Source: a virus
Virus record (IMG/VR): IMGVR_UViG_3300038466_000014
DNA length: 64,000 nt
Reading direction: 5' to 3' (one strand)
Shown piece by piece: positions 20,560 to 31,119 of the stretch. The notes beneath the pieces were generated by a model that saw only the letters and a program-made list of their open reading frames with translations, had not been told where the DNA came from and ran no database searches. The first letter of the stretch is position 1, and every line of letters begins with the position of its first letter. Both the position numbers and the translations under genes were made by a program.

Positions 20560-21708
20560 TTAGAATAAAAATTGAATATCGTATTCCCGTAACACAAAAT
20601 CATTAATAAATCCAACACATTCCATTAATGTTTTAGTATCGGAAAACATTATTTCTTTTTTAGAAATTGTACTATCAATATAATTTATCCATGGTTTTTG
20701 GTGATACTTACAAGCACGTTCCAACCAATACACAAGACACTCATAAGAAATAAGCTTAATCGATTTCCTAATTAATTCTTCATTGTTTATTATTTTCAAG
20801 AGATCTTTATTTTCCGTATCGGTGTTTTGATTGGTAAACAACGGAGCGTCTCCAAATATATTCTTTATAATATTGTCATACTCTAAATCACTAATCACAC
20901 TTGTATCCAACAATTTTAAGCATTTCTTAGGCCCTATACCATGTACTCCTGGAACATCATCAATTTTATCTCCACTGATCGCCATCATAATAGTCAGCAA
21001 TAAAGGATTTATATCTGTAGTCAAATCATAATTTACGCTAAAGTATTTTTTTAGAGCTTCTGTATAATTCAATAAAGTATTATTTTTCCCATAACTATAA
21101 TACTGAAAAATATTTTGGTTGTTTAATATTTGGTACATATCTTTATCGTTACTACAGATAAGGTGCATTATATGACCCGAATCTTTAAAAAACTTATTTA
21201 TGATATAATATGGTATAAAATCCGATTCGAGATTCGAAAGGTTAATCATATAATAATTATCCATCTTATTTAAAATATTTTCAAGTATTACAAAATTGTC
21301 ATTTCGTATTTCCCGAATTTGTTCATCTAAATATCCGTGTATGGTAGAACCTCTTTTATTTATAGATCTGCTCTGTTTGTAATCCGGGTGTACAGATGTG
21401 TGATATATAGATGTTCCGTAATCGGTAAATAAAAAAATTTTATATTTCTTATTGTGGGATTTTAAATACTTGGACCAGTTCGCAACGTATTTGAGGATTG
21501 ATTGAAAAATAGATGTGTCTGTGGATTCGTTGACCTTCGTATTATATTTTATTTCTCCGATAGTCTGTTCGTTAAACATTGATGTGAATATATTTTTCAG
21601 ATCTAAATAAATATAAATCTCATCATATCTATGTATGTATGTCTTTAACAAATTATCTATAGATGGTTGATAAAACTTTAATAAATTCGTATTTGGAGGA
21701 TTAACCAT
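20560..21708 (-). CDS. 5'-3' exonuclease / flap endonuclease (T4 RNase H-like)
   Basis: YKQSR, LESDFI, SNDKDMYQ, GDKIDDVPGVHGIGPK. Confidence 0.9.
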   Translation of the reverse strand: MVNPPNTNLLKFYQPSIDNLLKTYIHRYDEIYIYLDLKNIFTSMFNEQTIGEIKYNTKVNESTDTSIFQSILKYVANWSKYLKSHNKKYKIFLFTDYGTSIYHTSVHPDYKQSRSINKRGSTIHGYLDEQIREIRNDNFVILENILNKMDNYYMINLSNLESDFIPYYIINKFFKDSGHIMHLICSNDKDMYQILNNQNIFQYYSYGKNNTLLNYTEALKKYFSVNYDLTTDINPLLLTIMMAISGDKIDDVPGVHGIGPKKCLKLLDTSVISDLEYDNIIKNIFGDAPLFTNQNTDTENKDLLKIINNEELIRKSIKLISYECLVYWLERACKYHQKPWINYIDSTISKKEIMFSDTKTLMECVGFINDFVLREYDIQFLF

Positions 21709-21743
21709 ATTAAAACATTGCCCCTCTCAGGTTTAAATACGTG

Positions 21744-22202
21744 TTAAATAAATTTCAAAACGTGGTTCAACACGATCATACGATCTTTAAAATCTCCTAT
21801 TTTGTTTTTAACCCATTCTTCACATTTTTCTTTATCTGTATTTTGTGAACACAATTTCAAACCATTCTTTTTTATCTCTTCAAGGTACTGCTCAATATAT
21901 TCCTTCTCAGCGGATATTCTACATTTGATATAATTTTTACTTGTGCCTGACGATTTATATTCCACTTCCGGGGAAATATTAACTCCCGATTTGGAACTCC
22001 ATCCGGCCTTTCCTTTATATGTCGCCATATATCTGTTTAGCTCTTTATCACAACCATGTATTTTAATTTTATATTCACGCTCTATATCCTCAAGTTTCGG
22101 ATCTTTTGGTTTTGCTATATCTTCATCAAGAACTAAAGACGGTTTATATTTATTCTTGTTAAAAATACCTTCAGATATAAACATTAAATTCCTCCACATC
22201 AA
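21744..22202 (-). CDS. Hypothetical protein
   Basis: ORF only. Confidence 0.4.
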   Translation of the reverse strand: MMWRNLMFISEGIFNKNKYKPSLVLDEDIAKPKDPKLEDIEREYKIKIHGCDKELNRYMATYKGKAGWSSKSGVNISPEVEYKSSGTSKNYIKCRISAEKEYIEQYLEEIKKNGLKLCSQNTDKEKCEEWVKNKIGDFKDRMIVLNHVLKFI

Positions 22203-22206
22203 ACCA

Positions 22207-22752
22207 TTACAGTCCTACGACCATAAGGACAATAGAACCTACTGTTATGAAATACATTCCGACTCTGTTTATAAGGTTATCTTTTCTGTGCTGCGATGCC
22301 TCATATCTGTACATATTCTCAGAGTTCTCCCACGCGGAAATAGCGTAATCCCGTTCTCTTTCAGTCATCTTTATCAACGTTAATAATTCATTTGCTGTTT
22401 GTATCTTTGTGTTTATCAATGTTTCCTGTGCTATAATAATACTCTTATATGCAATCGCCAATTCCTTTAACTGGTTGATTTTATTTAGTTCTTCCGGATT
22501 CAAAATAAAAACATCGGCATTATCCGGACTATCTAAAAACACGATATTCTGAGTTCCGTCATCGTTCGTAATTATTTTTCCGTATTGTCTAATAATCTTA
22601 TCCGGTTTTGGAATTGAATTCAGTTGCTCTTGTATACTATAAGCAGGATATGGTTGGATGTCAAGCGGTTTCGGTTTAAACGGTTCAAACTTGGAAGAAC
22701 ATGATAAACAGGTAATTAAAACAACAACCAAAAAAATGACTTTCGGTTTCAT
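22207..22752 (-). CDS. Lipoprotein with C-terminal TM segment (possible unimolecular spanin)
   Basis: Signal peptide with lipobox-like CLSC, coiled-coil, hydrophobic C-terminus. Confidence 0.45.
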   Translation of the reverse strand: MKPKVIFLVVVLITCLSCSSKFEPFKPKPLDIQPYPAYSIQEQLNSIPKPDKIIRQYGKIITNDDGTQNIVFLDSPDNADVFILNPEELNKINQLKELAIAYKSIIIAQETLINTKIQTANELLTLIKMTERERDYAISAWENSENMYRYEASQHRKDNLINRVGMYFITVGSIVLMVVGL

Positions 22753-22762
22753 TATTTCGCTC

Positions 22763-23143
22763 CTACCCCTTTATACCAGCGTCCTCTTCCATGTGTTTTA
22801 ATCGTGTATAATAGTCGGGTATTTCAGTTAAATGATCTTTCGCGATCCGTTCCGCAATAAGTTCGCACACCGTGTGCTCTTTCTCCACCTCTATACCCAT
22901 ACGCAACTGGGTCTGATCTATATGCTTATGGCCCCCTTCGTTCACATATTTTCCGGCCCCGACAAACATACCTACCAATGCCAACGCATGATCTAATAAT
23001 TCATCATAATCAATCCCTACTTTTTCAGCATACTCAAATAAATCAGCATCTGTAGCAAGTGGATTATATCTAAAATATTCCAACAGTTTTCCGAAATACT
23101 CTCGTTTATATCCTTCCGACATTACTTCGCTTATGTCTTTCAT
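22763..23143 (-). CDS. DUF5661-family protein
   Basis: QLRMGIEVEKEHT...IAKDHLTEIPDYYTRL. Confidence 0.8.
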   Translation of the reverse strand: MKDISEVMSEGYKREYFGKLLEYFRYNPLATDADLFEYAEKVGIDYDELLDHALALVGMFVGAGKYVNEGGHKHIDQTQLRMGIEVEKEHTVCELIAERIAKDHLTEIPDYYTRLKHMEEDAGIKG

Positions 23144-23157
23144 TATGGCTCCTCTTC

Positions 23158-23514
23158 CTATTCCGGATCTGGTATCGGATTTGAATGACTACCATGTCCA
23201 TTATGCCCCGCAAAAACGTTGGGAGACCCCGTGTAAACCCAAGAACCGCATCTCACAGGATCTCCCACTCTACCCACCGGTATATTATTAGCAAACACAT
23301 TTATCGAACCCGATTCAAGTTCTGATGTGTGACATTCTTCCAGACAACAGTGGGATTCCCATTCATCTCCTACCCTATGGATCGGACGACTGTTTACAAA
23401 CACATTCGGAGACCCTTCCAACGCGGGTCTCGAAAGAAAACATCCATGACCCGTGCATAAATCCCCCCTTCTGGCGACTAATGGTACGGTAGGTTCTGTT
23501 GGTAAATAAGCCAT
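23158..23514 (-). CDS. PAAR-repeat spike tip protein (gp5.4-like)
   Basis: ARRGDLCTGHGC, GSPNVFVNSRPIHRVGD, PVGRVGDPVRCG. Confidence 0.92.
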   Translation of the reverse strand: MAYLPTEPTVPLVARRGDLCTGHGCFLSRPALEGSPNVFVNSRPIHRVGDEWESHCCLEECHTSELESGSINVFANNIPVGRVGDPVRCGSWVYTGSPNVFAGHNGHGSHSNPIPDPE

Positions 23515-23527
23515 AAAATTTATCTCC

Positions 23528-23824
23528 TTATTTGAGATACGCTACCCCTCCAATAGTTATACAATCCACAGATTTTTCACATGTACACTCACCACCCCCA
23601 GAGCATTCTTTATCATCGATAAAAGTAACAATACACTCATCTTCATCCATCATAATATTATCCCCGACATTGTTTATAAATGCTATAATAGCATCCATAC
23701 AGTCAATTTGTTTTTCTTCTGGTCCATCAAGATTAATGTTATGGGTTTCGAAATCAATGTCAACTTCAAATCCAAAAGTTTTTCCGATCATGATAACAGA
23801 TTTAATGAAGTCCTCTTCCGTCAT
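23528..23824 (-). CDS. Hypothetical acidic protein
   Basis: ORF only. Confidence 0.4.
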   Translation of the reverse strand: MTEEDFIKSVIMIGKTFGFEVDIDFETHNINLDGPEEKQIDCMDAIIAFINNVGDNIMMDEDECIVTFIDDKECSGGGECTCEKSVDCITIGGVAYLK

Positions 23825-23843
23825 TTCGGGCTAACCTTTCCTT

Positions 23844-24206
23844 TTACAATTTGTCCCAACCGGAGTCAACTTCTACATCCACTTTTTTTACAGTAACACT
23901 ATTATTTTTCAACTCATTGATTTTAATCGCCGTATCATTTATAATTGTCGAAATCTCTTTTTGTGTCTGTACATCGACATCTTTTAGATCCTCTATTTTA
24001 GTCGTTACCTGGACCTTCTCCGCCTGAATCGACTGAATCTTATTATCGGTTTCTTTATTAAAAACCTTATGCAAAACAGTTTTTTCTATAAAATCTTTTG
24101 TCCCTGTTGTATTCTTTCTAAATAAAAAAAAGGCGGTTCCGGCAATTCCTAATACGGATCCTAATGTTAAGATAAAAGGTAAATATTTATATAAAGTTTC
24201 AACCAT
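23844..24206 (-). CDS. Membrane-anchored coiled-coil protein
   Basis: N-terminal TM helix then heptad region; GAGGAT RBS. Confidence 0.5.
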   Translation of the reverse strand: MVETLYKYLPFILTLGSVLGIAGTAFFLFRKNTTGTKDFIEKTVLHKVFNKETDNKIQSIQAEKVQVTTKIEDLKDVDVQTQKEISTIINDTAIKINELKNNSVTVKKVDVEVDSGWDKL

Positions 24207-24245
24207 TTAAAATTATCCTCCTATTCTGTAGTATAATGAGTTTAA

Positions 24246-24563
24246 CTACATTAAATCAAATGTATCATAATCATCTGTTTGCTTCTTGTTTTTCATCTTG
24301 ATCATTTTCTCAATCTTCATCGCGGCAAGTGTCGGGGTAATAACCGATATTAACAATGTAGTCACCGCCTGAATTACTTCTATACACAAATCGAAGAATT
24401 CTGTGCTTTCAGTCAGTAAATTGATATTGTCTAAAATAATATTATCTACTACCCAGAATACAAACCAAAACGTGGCCACGGTGATCCAAAAAGATCTGCT
24501 GACACACGTTTCTATAATTTTTTTACCAACCAAACTCCAAAATTTTTTAGAAAAAAATTTCAT
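24246..24563 (-). CDS. Two-TM membrane protein (holin-like)
   Basis: MKFFSKKFW start with GGAGGG RBS; SRSFW plus two hydrophobic segments. Confidence 0.4.
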   Translation of the reverse strand: MKFFSKKFWSLVGKKIIETCVSRSFWITVATFWFVFWVVDNIILDNINLLTESTEFFDLCIEVIQAVTTLLISVITPTLAAMKIEKMIKMKNKKQTDDYDTFDLM

Positions 24564-24718
24564 TGGATTCCCTCCGGGAAACGGACCCCGCCCGGACACG
24601 GCGCATCCGCTCTTAGGGCGGGGTCCTATACTTTCCACACGGCACCGGACGCAGCGCGTCCGGGTTTCCTCCTCTGCCCCCTGGCCCTGGGGGGCGGTGG
24701 GTTGTTTGATTGAAAATT

Positions 24719-25591
24719 TTATCTCATTCCCCGACCCCGCATGTCATACTGGGTCGTAGGTATGTCATACGGCTCCGGAGACACCGAAAGCCGCACTTCA
24801 TACCCCGCGTAATTTGCGACAAACGGATACTTTGTCGCAATTCTTGACCTCTCGCGCCCTATCCTCTGGTAGAGCGCCCAACCATCAGCGTCCTCGCGGA
24901 GGAATGTTCTCTCCAGAATCTTCCTATCCCTCCACGGAATTCCGGGAGTGATGAGTTCATTTTGGATGTTCCCTACTCGCCTCCTCCTCTGAACGCTCCT
25001 GCGCCACAACATGTGCTGTGCCGAGGCGATGTCCGCCGCGATAAAATAATCGCGGCGGACATTACGGAGCGCAGTGCGCACTTCGCGCATTTTTCGCGGG
25101 TGTGTCGCCGCGAGCACTGCCTCGCGGACCGTTTTTTCTCCGGTCCTACCGGCAGCGGAGAGCGCCCAGTCAGCCCTGGTAGCGATCTCCATCGCTTTTT
25201 CACGGGCTTTTCGCCCCGGAATCTCCATTGCGGCGCTTTTGAGCCGCAATGCATCTTCACGCAACGCTTTGAAGACCGGCACTTGTCGCGACGCCTGCCA
25301 CGGCGTCGCGACAAGTGTGAGGGTGTCGGCCTTCAGTTCTAAAAAAGCCTGGAGGCGTTCGTCTCCGGGGAACGCCTCGTACCACGCTGGGAGGGCTAGG
25401 TGCGCGTATAAGACGCACACCATTGGATTAGACTCTTTCATAGTTTCTCCTTCGCCTTTGCGGGTTGTGGTAGCCGACCTTGGACCAAGGTCAATCCCGC
25501 AGGTAGGGTTGTGAAATACAAAAGTGCTCCCGGTTTCCCAGGAGCACCCGCAATCCAGGCAGGTCACCGTTATGGTACGCAACAACACCAC
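24719..25591 (-). CDS. Hypothetical protein in GC-rich insert (start uncertain, perhaps 25441)
   Basis: Long ORF; AAGGAG precedes internal MKESNP. Confidence 0.4.
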   Translation of the reverse strand: MVLLRTITVTCLDCGCSWETGSTFVFHNPTCGIDLGPRSATTTRKGEGETMKESNPMVCVLYAHLALPAWYEAFPGDERLQAFLELKADTLTLVATPWQASRQVPVFKALREDALRLKSAAMEIPGRKAREKAMEIATRADWALSAAGRTGEKTVREAVLAATHPRKMREVRTALRNVRRDYFIAADIASAQHMLWRRSVQRRRRVGNIQNELITPGIPWRDRKILERTFLREDADGWALYQRIGRERSRIATKYPFVANYAGYEVRLSVSPEPYDIPTTQYDMRGRGMR

Positions 25592-26051
25592 GCCGCTGCT
25601 AAATCCATGCGCTCAGATGGATGCGGTATTTCGTACCGCATCATCCTTTTGAATAGGGCGAAATTTTCTCCGGTTAAGGAGAAAGCTGCCCCACTCACCG
25701 CTACGCGGGAAAGGAGGTTTTTAGTGTCGCCGATTGCACCGGCGACATTTAACTTTATCACAGAATCATCGTCCTTTATGAGGACGATTTTATTTTCTTG
25801 CGGTGATAATATTATATCACCTGCTTTTGTGTTCAGCTCAATTACGACTTCTTCGGCCGCAGCCTTCCAGGCCGCTCCGTCGGAAGCCAACCATCGGCCT
25901 TTTCCGAGGTTCGAGAAGAGCCGCTGGCTCCTCATCGGCCCCCCGAGAGGCCCAATTCCCACTTTCAACTCGGCGTGCAAGAGAAACTGCGCCAAGGTCA
26001 ATGTATTCTGGATGGTCATATCCGTTTGGCTCTCACAACCACAACACGTCT

Positions 26052-26828
26052 CTAACATGAAGGCGGCGAGTGCCATTGCCGCCTTCTGTGTTTTTTCTTT
26101 ATTGATAAAATATTATCAGGCTGTGTAGAGTATGGATAAATTGTTCCGTAGCAGCGAATGTTTTCTATTCTTGATGTGAATACTGGAGGAAACGTTACGT
26201 TCAAATTATATCCAAATTTAATATCTCTTTCTTGCCCAAAACCTCCTAATGATACAAGAGAACCACTGGCGCCCACTAAAGATGTAAATGGTGGAAGGTA
26301 AACGTCTTCGTCGTATCCGATACTCGATCCGTACAGCGAATCCTGTACATACGGAGATACATAAATTACAGACGGGTAAGTAAAATACATCGGGAGTGTT
26401 AAGATTTGGTGGGTTTGTGTTTCAATTATTTTATGTATAGCCCCATTAATCGTTTTAAACGGTTTAATTACAGAACCATCTTCTGTATAAGAATCAGTTC
26501 TGTTTCCATCTACGTAATAAACCGATACCACTTCAGGATCGAACCCCGAGCCGCCAGTAGCGGAAATTACACCGTCTGTAATATCAATGTTTTCACCTGC
26601 TGTATAATCTCCGCTAACAACCAATTCTGCCCATTCTGTAGCTGAACGGATATATAGCTTATCATTTGCAAGCACCCGGCACATTGTTCCTTGTGGACAC
26701 AGAGCCGCCGTTATGTTATTCATATCGGTTATAGTATTGGCTATATGATATCCACCGGTTATATTGTTGGCGTTTGATATCCGATTAAAAAAATTAGCTT
26801 CTTTTTTTAACATAATTACATACTCCAA
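26052..26828 (-). CDS. Tail-fibre-like protein, C-terminus apparently truncated by the GC-rich insert
   Basis: YTAGENIDITDGVISATGG, YYVDGNRTDSYTEDGSVIKPFKTI; modules shared with 30227-30901 and 31201-31548. Confidence 0.55.
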   Translation of the reverse strand: MEYVIMLKKEANFFNRISNANNITGGYHIANTITDMNNITAALCPQGTMCRVLANDKLYIRSATEWAELVVSGDYTAGENIDITDGVISATGGSGFDPEVVSVYYVDGNRTDSYTEDGSVIKPFKTINGAIHKIIETQTHQILTLPMYFTYPSVIYVSPYVQDSLYGSSIGYDEDVYLPPFTSLVGASGSLVSLGGFGQERDIKFGYNLNVTFPPVFTSRIENIRCYGTIYPYSTQPDNILSIKKKHRRRQWHSPPSC

Positions 26829-26838
26829 AATTTACCGT

Positions 26839-29349
26839 CTAACTAACCGAAAAAGAGTTAAATACCGGCTCATCCGAGAATGTGACCAGACCATAATTCA
26901 TAGACTTTAATCCGGAAATGATCTGTGTATCTCCAACTTTAATGTTATTATAGTATAAATCGAAATTGTTTCCTCCCAACCATCTTATTTCTATATCCGC
27001 TCCATCCACATATGTTATATTTTCGTTTATCAATAGAGACCACACTCCGGAATTTTTAGTATATAAATATATATTTGTCCTGCTCTGTGATATAACCGCA
27101 TGACTCATAGATTTACACATCAACGCATAAATTCCTTCGTTGTTTATCGGATTATATCTTGCCACCACACCAGTCAGGTTGTATAAAACATCATTGGAAA
27201 CAGAAGCCTTCACGATTTCATAGTGACGCCCATATCGCACGTATGCCACCGCAGTATCCATATCTACCATTTCAAGGGTAAGATCATCCACATATCCTGA
27301 ATTTACCCCGCTAAAGTATTGTAGCTTAGACGCTTCTCCGTTATGTATAAAGAATCCATTCACATCCACATTTTTTTGTATGGTTAAAAACATTTCTGAA
27401 ATCCGGGCATTATCTGAATACTGTATAATTTGGAACCCATAAGGATTTGATTCGCCTTCCGGAAATGCCGAATGGTTCCAATAATGAAATCGATACCATG
27501 TATTGCCAGTCAACCCAAGATCATTCTCAGCCCCCCTGTTGTAAGACGGACCTGTATTGCCACATCCCAATGATTTAACGCCTGTTTTAACATAGGCTAA
27601 ATTATTATTCCAAGCTACCACAGGATTCCAGTCTGTAGCCGGGTCGTAATTCTCGAACGAACCATTTTCGATTCTATTTTCAGCATGTACTTCGAGATTT
27701 CCACCCGCTTTTCCGCCGGTAATAACCCAATCGGAAGTTGTATTAAAACTCGCATCTTTTACAGTTACTCCATCATTAAAATCGAAAAACACTATTTCTT
27801 CTCTCGGTCTCGGTGTAAATATCTCAATATCGGAAACCGTATTTGAATCTCCTATGGAAAATATACCATAATATATACACTCGGCGACAGCGGCTGACAT
27901 TTCATATCCACTGACAACTATATCATTATACCAGAATCCGTAATAATTATTTCCTTTATATCTAACTTCTAATTCCCCGTTTTCGACTAAAGTAACGGGT
28001 TCTGATATCACCAAAGTCCAGAATCCGGACTCCAGAACTTTAACATTGAACGTGTTTGTTGATTCTTCGAGATATGCCAATAACCCGTTTTGGGGATTTT
28101 CCGGATCATCCATAATTACTATACCTAAAAGACTATCCGTTCCGATAGTCATTTTCGATAATACAGATCTGCCCTTTGGCAGTTTTATAAACGCGCACAC
28201 ATCCAGAAAATCATACTCTCTGATTATAATATCATCGAAAATAGCTGAGTCAACAGAACTGTCATCGAGAGCGTATAGTCTTACAGTAATAGTGGTATTA
28301 CCAGCCTGACGCAATCCGGAAATTGTAGTATACGTATTTGTTTTATTCGGGGTTCCTTCGATATTGTTTAAAGAATCATACAATGCCGGATAGCATCCGA
28401 GATATACTATTCTTGGTTCATCGGATCCTATGCTCCAGGCATTGTTTGTTCTTAACTGAAGGTCTATGTCATCATCGAATGGAAATATCAAGTCTGCGGA
28501 TAAATCAGTTCCGTTATCTTTAGCGATTGTATCGTCCATAGAAAGGTGTAAATCCCGTCCAACATAATCGACATACTGAATCAAGTCATTGGTTGAACAA
28601 GTAGTAATATTGGTTATATTAAGAAAATCATAAGCGGCCGTCGGAGCGGTCACATGTGTCGAAATACAATTTTTTATTACTATTGGCGAAGGATTTCGCG
28701 GCCAGTTTGTCATGGAGGCGGCAACATATTCTCCCGCAATTTTATCGAATGTGCAATTATACGCATAATGCGGATTTGTATTGTTACCGAAGTCAACGCC
28801 TATCGGAACATATCCCGATAAATCTAAAATTAAACAATTTATAACATAACATGTTGAAGACACCTCGTTAAAATAAATTCCATAAATATAATCTCCCGGA
28901 GAAGCTCCGGACAATACAAGACCGACACATTTAACATAAGAACTGTTTTCAATCATTATACAACGACATTTATTATCTCCAGCAAGCAACTCAACTTCAA
29001 AATCGTATAATCCGACATAATTTTCGGAATATACTAATATACAGCTCAAAAATACACCCACGCAGCTTGTTTTAAATTTCACTCCATTGTTCTTTAATCC
29101 TTTGGATTCGCAACTCGATGCCGCCATAAGCACTCTAAAATAATCAGAATTCACAATTGCTCCGGATATTGTAACTTTTTGATCGTAGAATGGCTCATCG
29201 GTATAACACTCTAACACTTCGCCCTTTGCGGCGGAAACCAAATCCGTGTCTGTATCGGATTCCCATGCGGCAAGAGAGGTGTAGTCTCTCGCAGACCCAC
29301 CAAATGTAGATATATTATAATCTAATGGTAATCGTCTTGCTGTCGCCAT
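26839..29349 (-). CDS. Large virion/tail-fibre protein (beta-helix and carbohydrate-binding-like domains)
   Basis: DYTSLAAWE, DLHL..DTIAKDNG, DIDLQLR...WSIGSDE, RIENGSFE. Confidence 0.55.
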   Translation of the reverse strand: MATARRLPLDYNISTFGGSARDYTSLAAWESDTDTDLVSAAKGEVLECYTDEPFYDQKVTISGAIVNSDYFRVLMAASSCESKGLKNNGVKFKTSCVGVFLSCILVYSENYVGLYDFEVELLAGDNKCRCIMIENSSYVKCVGLVLSGASPGDYIYGIYFNEVSSTCYVINCLILDLSGYVPIGVDFGNNTNPHYAYNCTFDKIAGEYVAASMTNWPRNPSPIVIKNCISTHVTAPTAAYDFLNITNITTCSTNDLIQYVDYVGRDLHLSMDDTIAKDNGTDLSADLIFPFDDDIDLQLRTNNAWSIGSDEPRIVYLGCYPALYDSLNNIEGTPNKTNTYTTISGLRQAGNTTITVRLYALDDSSVDSAIFDDIIIREYDFLDVCAFIKLPKGRSVLSKMTIGTDSLLGIVIMDDPENPQNGLLAYLEESTNTFNVKVLESGFWTLVISEPVTLVENGELEVRYKGNNYYGFWYNDIVVSGYEMSAAVAECIYYGIFSIGDSNTVSDIEIFTPRPREEIVFFDFNDGVTVKDASFNTTSDWVITGGKAGGNLEVHAENRIENGSFENYDPATDWNPVVAWNNNLAYVKTGVKSLGCGNTGPSYNRGAENDLGLTGNTWYRFHYWNHSAFPEGESNPYGFQIIQYSDNARISEMFLTIQKNVDVNGFFIHNGEASKLQYFSGVNSGYVDDLTLEMVDMDTAVAYVRYGRHYEIVKASVSNDVLYNLTGVVARYNPINNEGIYALMCKSMSHAVISQSRTNIYLYTKNSGVWSLLINENITYVDGADIEIRWLGGNNFDLYYNNIKVGDTQIISGLKSMNYGLVTFSDEPVFNSFSVS

Positions 29350-29816
29350 TATAACATACTCCTTTTAGCTTTATATTTAAATGCCGTTCTCATTTTATCA
29401 TAACATATCCCAACCTTTTCGGAAAAATCTATAACATCAAAAGCATCTTTAACCGGCTGATATTCATCTTCCACATCCTGGACTCTATCTAAATCGATAT
29501 TTGGCGACCAGTATTTTTTTATATCTTCCAAAGGAATATTATATCTTCGTTTGGTTATGATTCTAATTTCTCCCGGTTTATATGATAATGGTTCTTTAGG
29601 ATCCGCCAGAACGGGATCGGTTATTTCCATCGCGGGGGCGGTTAAGTTTTCTATATCAGACAGTGATAGATTAACCCCAAGCACAACTAAGTATTTTCTC
29701 CTCTCGATCTTCCCCCAATTCCACGGATATGTTTTTATATCTATAATATCTCCGGCTTTTTTTCTGTTACCTTCTTCGTCCTTGGCGCATAAAAGTATTT
29801 CATATACTGTTTCCAT
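29349..29816 (-). CDS. Hypothetical protein
   Basis: AGGAG RBS before METVYEILL (ORF track starts 29882). Confidence 0.5.
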   Translation of the reverse strand: METVYEILLCAKDEEGNRKKAGDIIDIKTYPWNWGKIERRKYLVVLGVNLSLSDIENLTAPAMEITDPVLADPKEPLSYKPGEIRIITKRRYNIPLEDIKKYWSPNIDLDRVQDVEDEYQPVKDAFDVIDFSEKVGICYDKMRTAFKYKAKRSML

Positions 29817-29817
29817 T

Positions 29818-30204
29818 CTATAACTCTCCTGTCTCGGATCTATAAGACGCGGAAAAATATAAAAATGCTCCATGGGGAACATTTATAGATTGATATGCGG
29901 CCAGATTATCCGTTCCTCTCTCTACCTTTAGAGCTTGTGTTCCTCCCTGGGAAAGATTGCTCGTGCTTAAAGTAGCCTCGGTATCCGAAGTCCAGCCTTC
30001 CGAAGCGCCAAGAGGATCTTCCATATCGCCGTTTATAATCAAATTTTCATTTTCAACAGGAGAGTTTTTTAATTTTCCAGATTCCACATACCAAGCGTCA
30101 TTAGATCTTTTAAACCAGAATGGGAGTAATTGATTTATCTGTCCGTCTTTCAACGTAGAAAAATCGAGATAAAAATGAGTGGTGTTGTTCGTATTAAACA
30201 GCAT
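29818..30204 (-). CDS. Short, possibly truncated CBM-like virion protein
   Basis: ENLIINGDMED...GTQALKV. Confidence 0.4.
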   Translation of the reverse strand: MLFNTNNTTHFYLDFSTLKDGQINQLLPFWFKRSNDAWYVESGKLKNSPVENENLIINGDMEDPLGASEGWTSDTEATLSTSNLSQGGTQALKVERGTDNLAAYQSINVPHGAFLYFSASYRSETGEL

Positions 30205-30226
30205 TTAAATACCTCCCGGTTCCATT

Positions 30227-30901
30227 TTAAATGTTAGGACCAGCGTCCACAAAAACTCCGTACATTCCTAATGAAGTAGTCCCGGCGGCGCTATCCTTAT
30301 GCAAGGTAACAAACACTCCGGCGGTTCCCGGAGAGTTAATTCCATTACCCGCCGTAAGTTCAACTCCCTCCAGTCTAATTCTATCCGCCGCATTAGGCCA
30401 AATTGTTACCACGTCATCAGTTTCACAATATATTGTAACCGCCGCTCCATCTTCACACCCGCTAACCGCAGGCAGGGTTAGCGCGCATCCTCCTGTAACG
30501 TATATTACACTTCCGGAACATTGTTCGGGGGTAAGTTCTGTATCTATACTAACCTCAATTGGGATAAGAGTTCCATTGCCGCCAATTGAAAGTTCATCCC
30601 ACGAAGAAGCTCCGCGCACATATAACTTTTCATCTTCGACCACATAACATAAAGTTCCTTGTGGTCTTAACGCCGAAGCTATATTGTTCATTGCCGATGC
30701 TGTGGCCGCTATATGATATCCGCCAATAATATTATTAGCGTTAATCGTCTGGGTTTCTATTGCCGAAATTCTCGAATTTTGGCTTTGTAACGCGGCGGTT
30801 AATGTTATAGATCCGTATACAACGTCATCGGAAGTAAAGTTAAAATCCGATCCCATAATCTCTCTCAATTTCATAACCAAATAATTCTCATGTTTTAACA
30901 T
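30227..30901 (-). CDS. Tail-fibre-like protein
   Basis: NANNIIGGYHIA...PQGTLCYV...KLYVR module; ALTLPAV...AVTIY. Confidence 0.55.
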   Translation of the reverse strand: MLKHENYLVMKLREIMGSDFNFTSDDVVYGSITLTAALQSQNSRISAIETQTINANNIIGGYHIAATASAMNNIASALRPQGTLCYVVEDEKLYVRGASSWDELSIGGNGTLIPIEVSIDTELTPEQCSGSVIYVTGGCALTLPAVSGCEDGAAVTIYCETDDVVTIWPNAADRIRLEGVELTAGNGINSPGTAGVFVTLHKDSAAGTTSLGMYGVFVDAGPNI

Positions 30902-31119
30902 AGTATAATTTACCTTTCTATATCAATTTTAATTTAGTTAAGTTTATTTGATGAAAAGCCAAAATTCCAGCCTTATAGCAGTATTTAAGAAATTTTTTAC
31001 CGTCTAAAACTATATCATTAATTTGCGGATCTTCCGGCATTTCATCTATATATGCGGATTCATTCTCTCGTATTAAAACTTTTTGCATTTTATTATTCTC
31101 CCCATAATAAAAATAGGTG

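Noticed and set aside
24570-24710. tRNA gene
   Set aside because: No cloverleaf, TTCGA T-loop or CCA end identifiable; no tRNA or rRNA was recognised anywhere in the window.
25511-26128. Overlapping ORFs 25511-26128 (+) and 25570-26076 (-)
   Set aside because: GC-rich DNA yields long ORFs in several frames; the true coding frame cannot be determined by eye.
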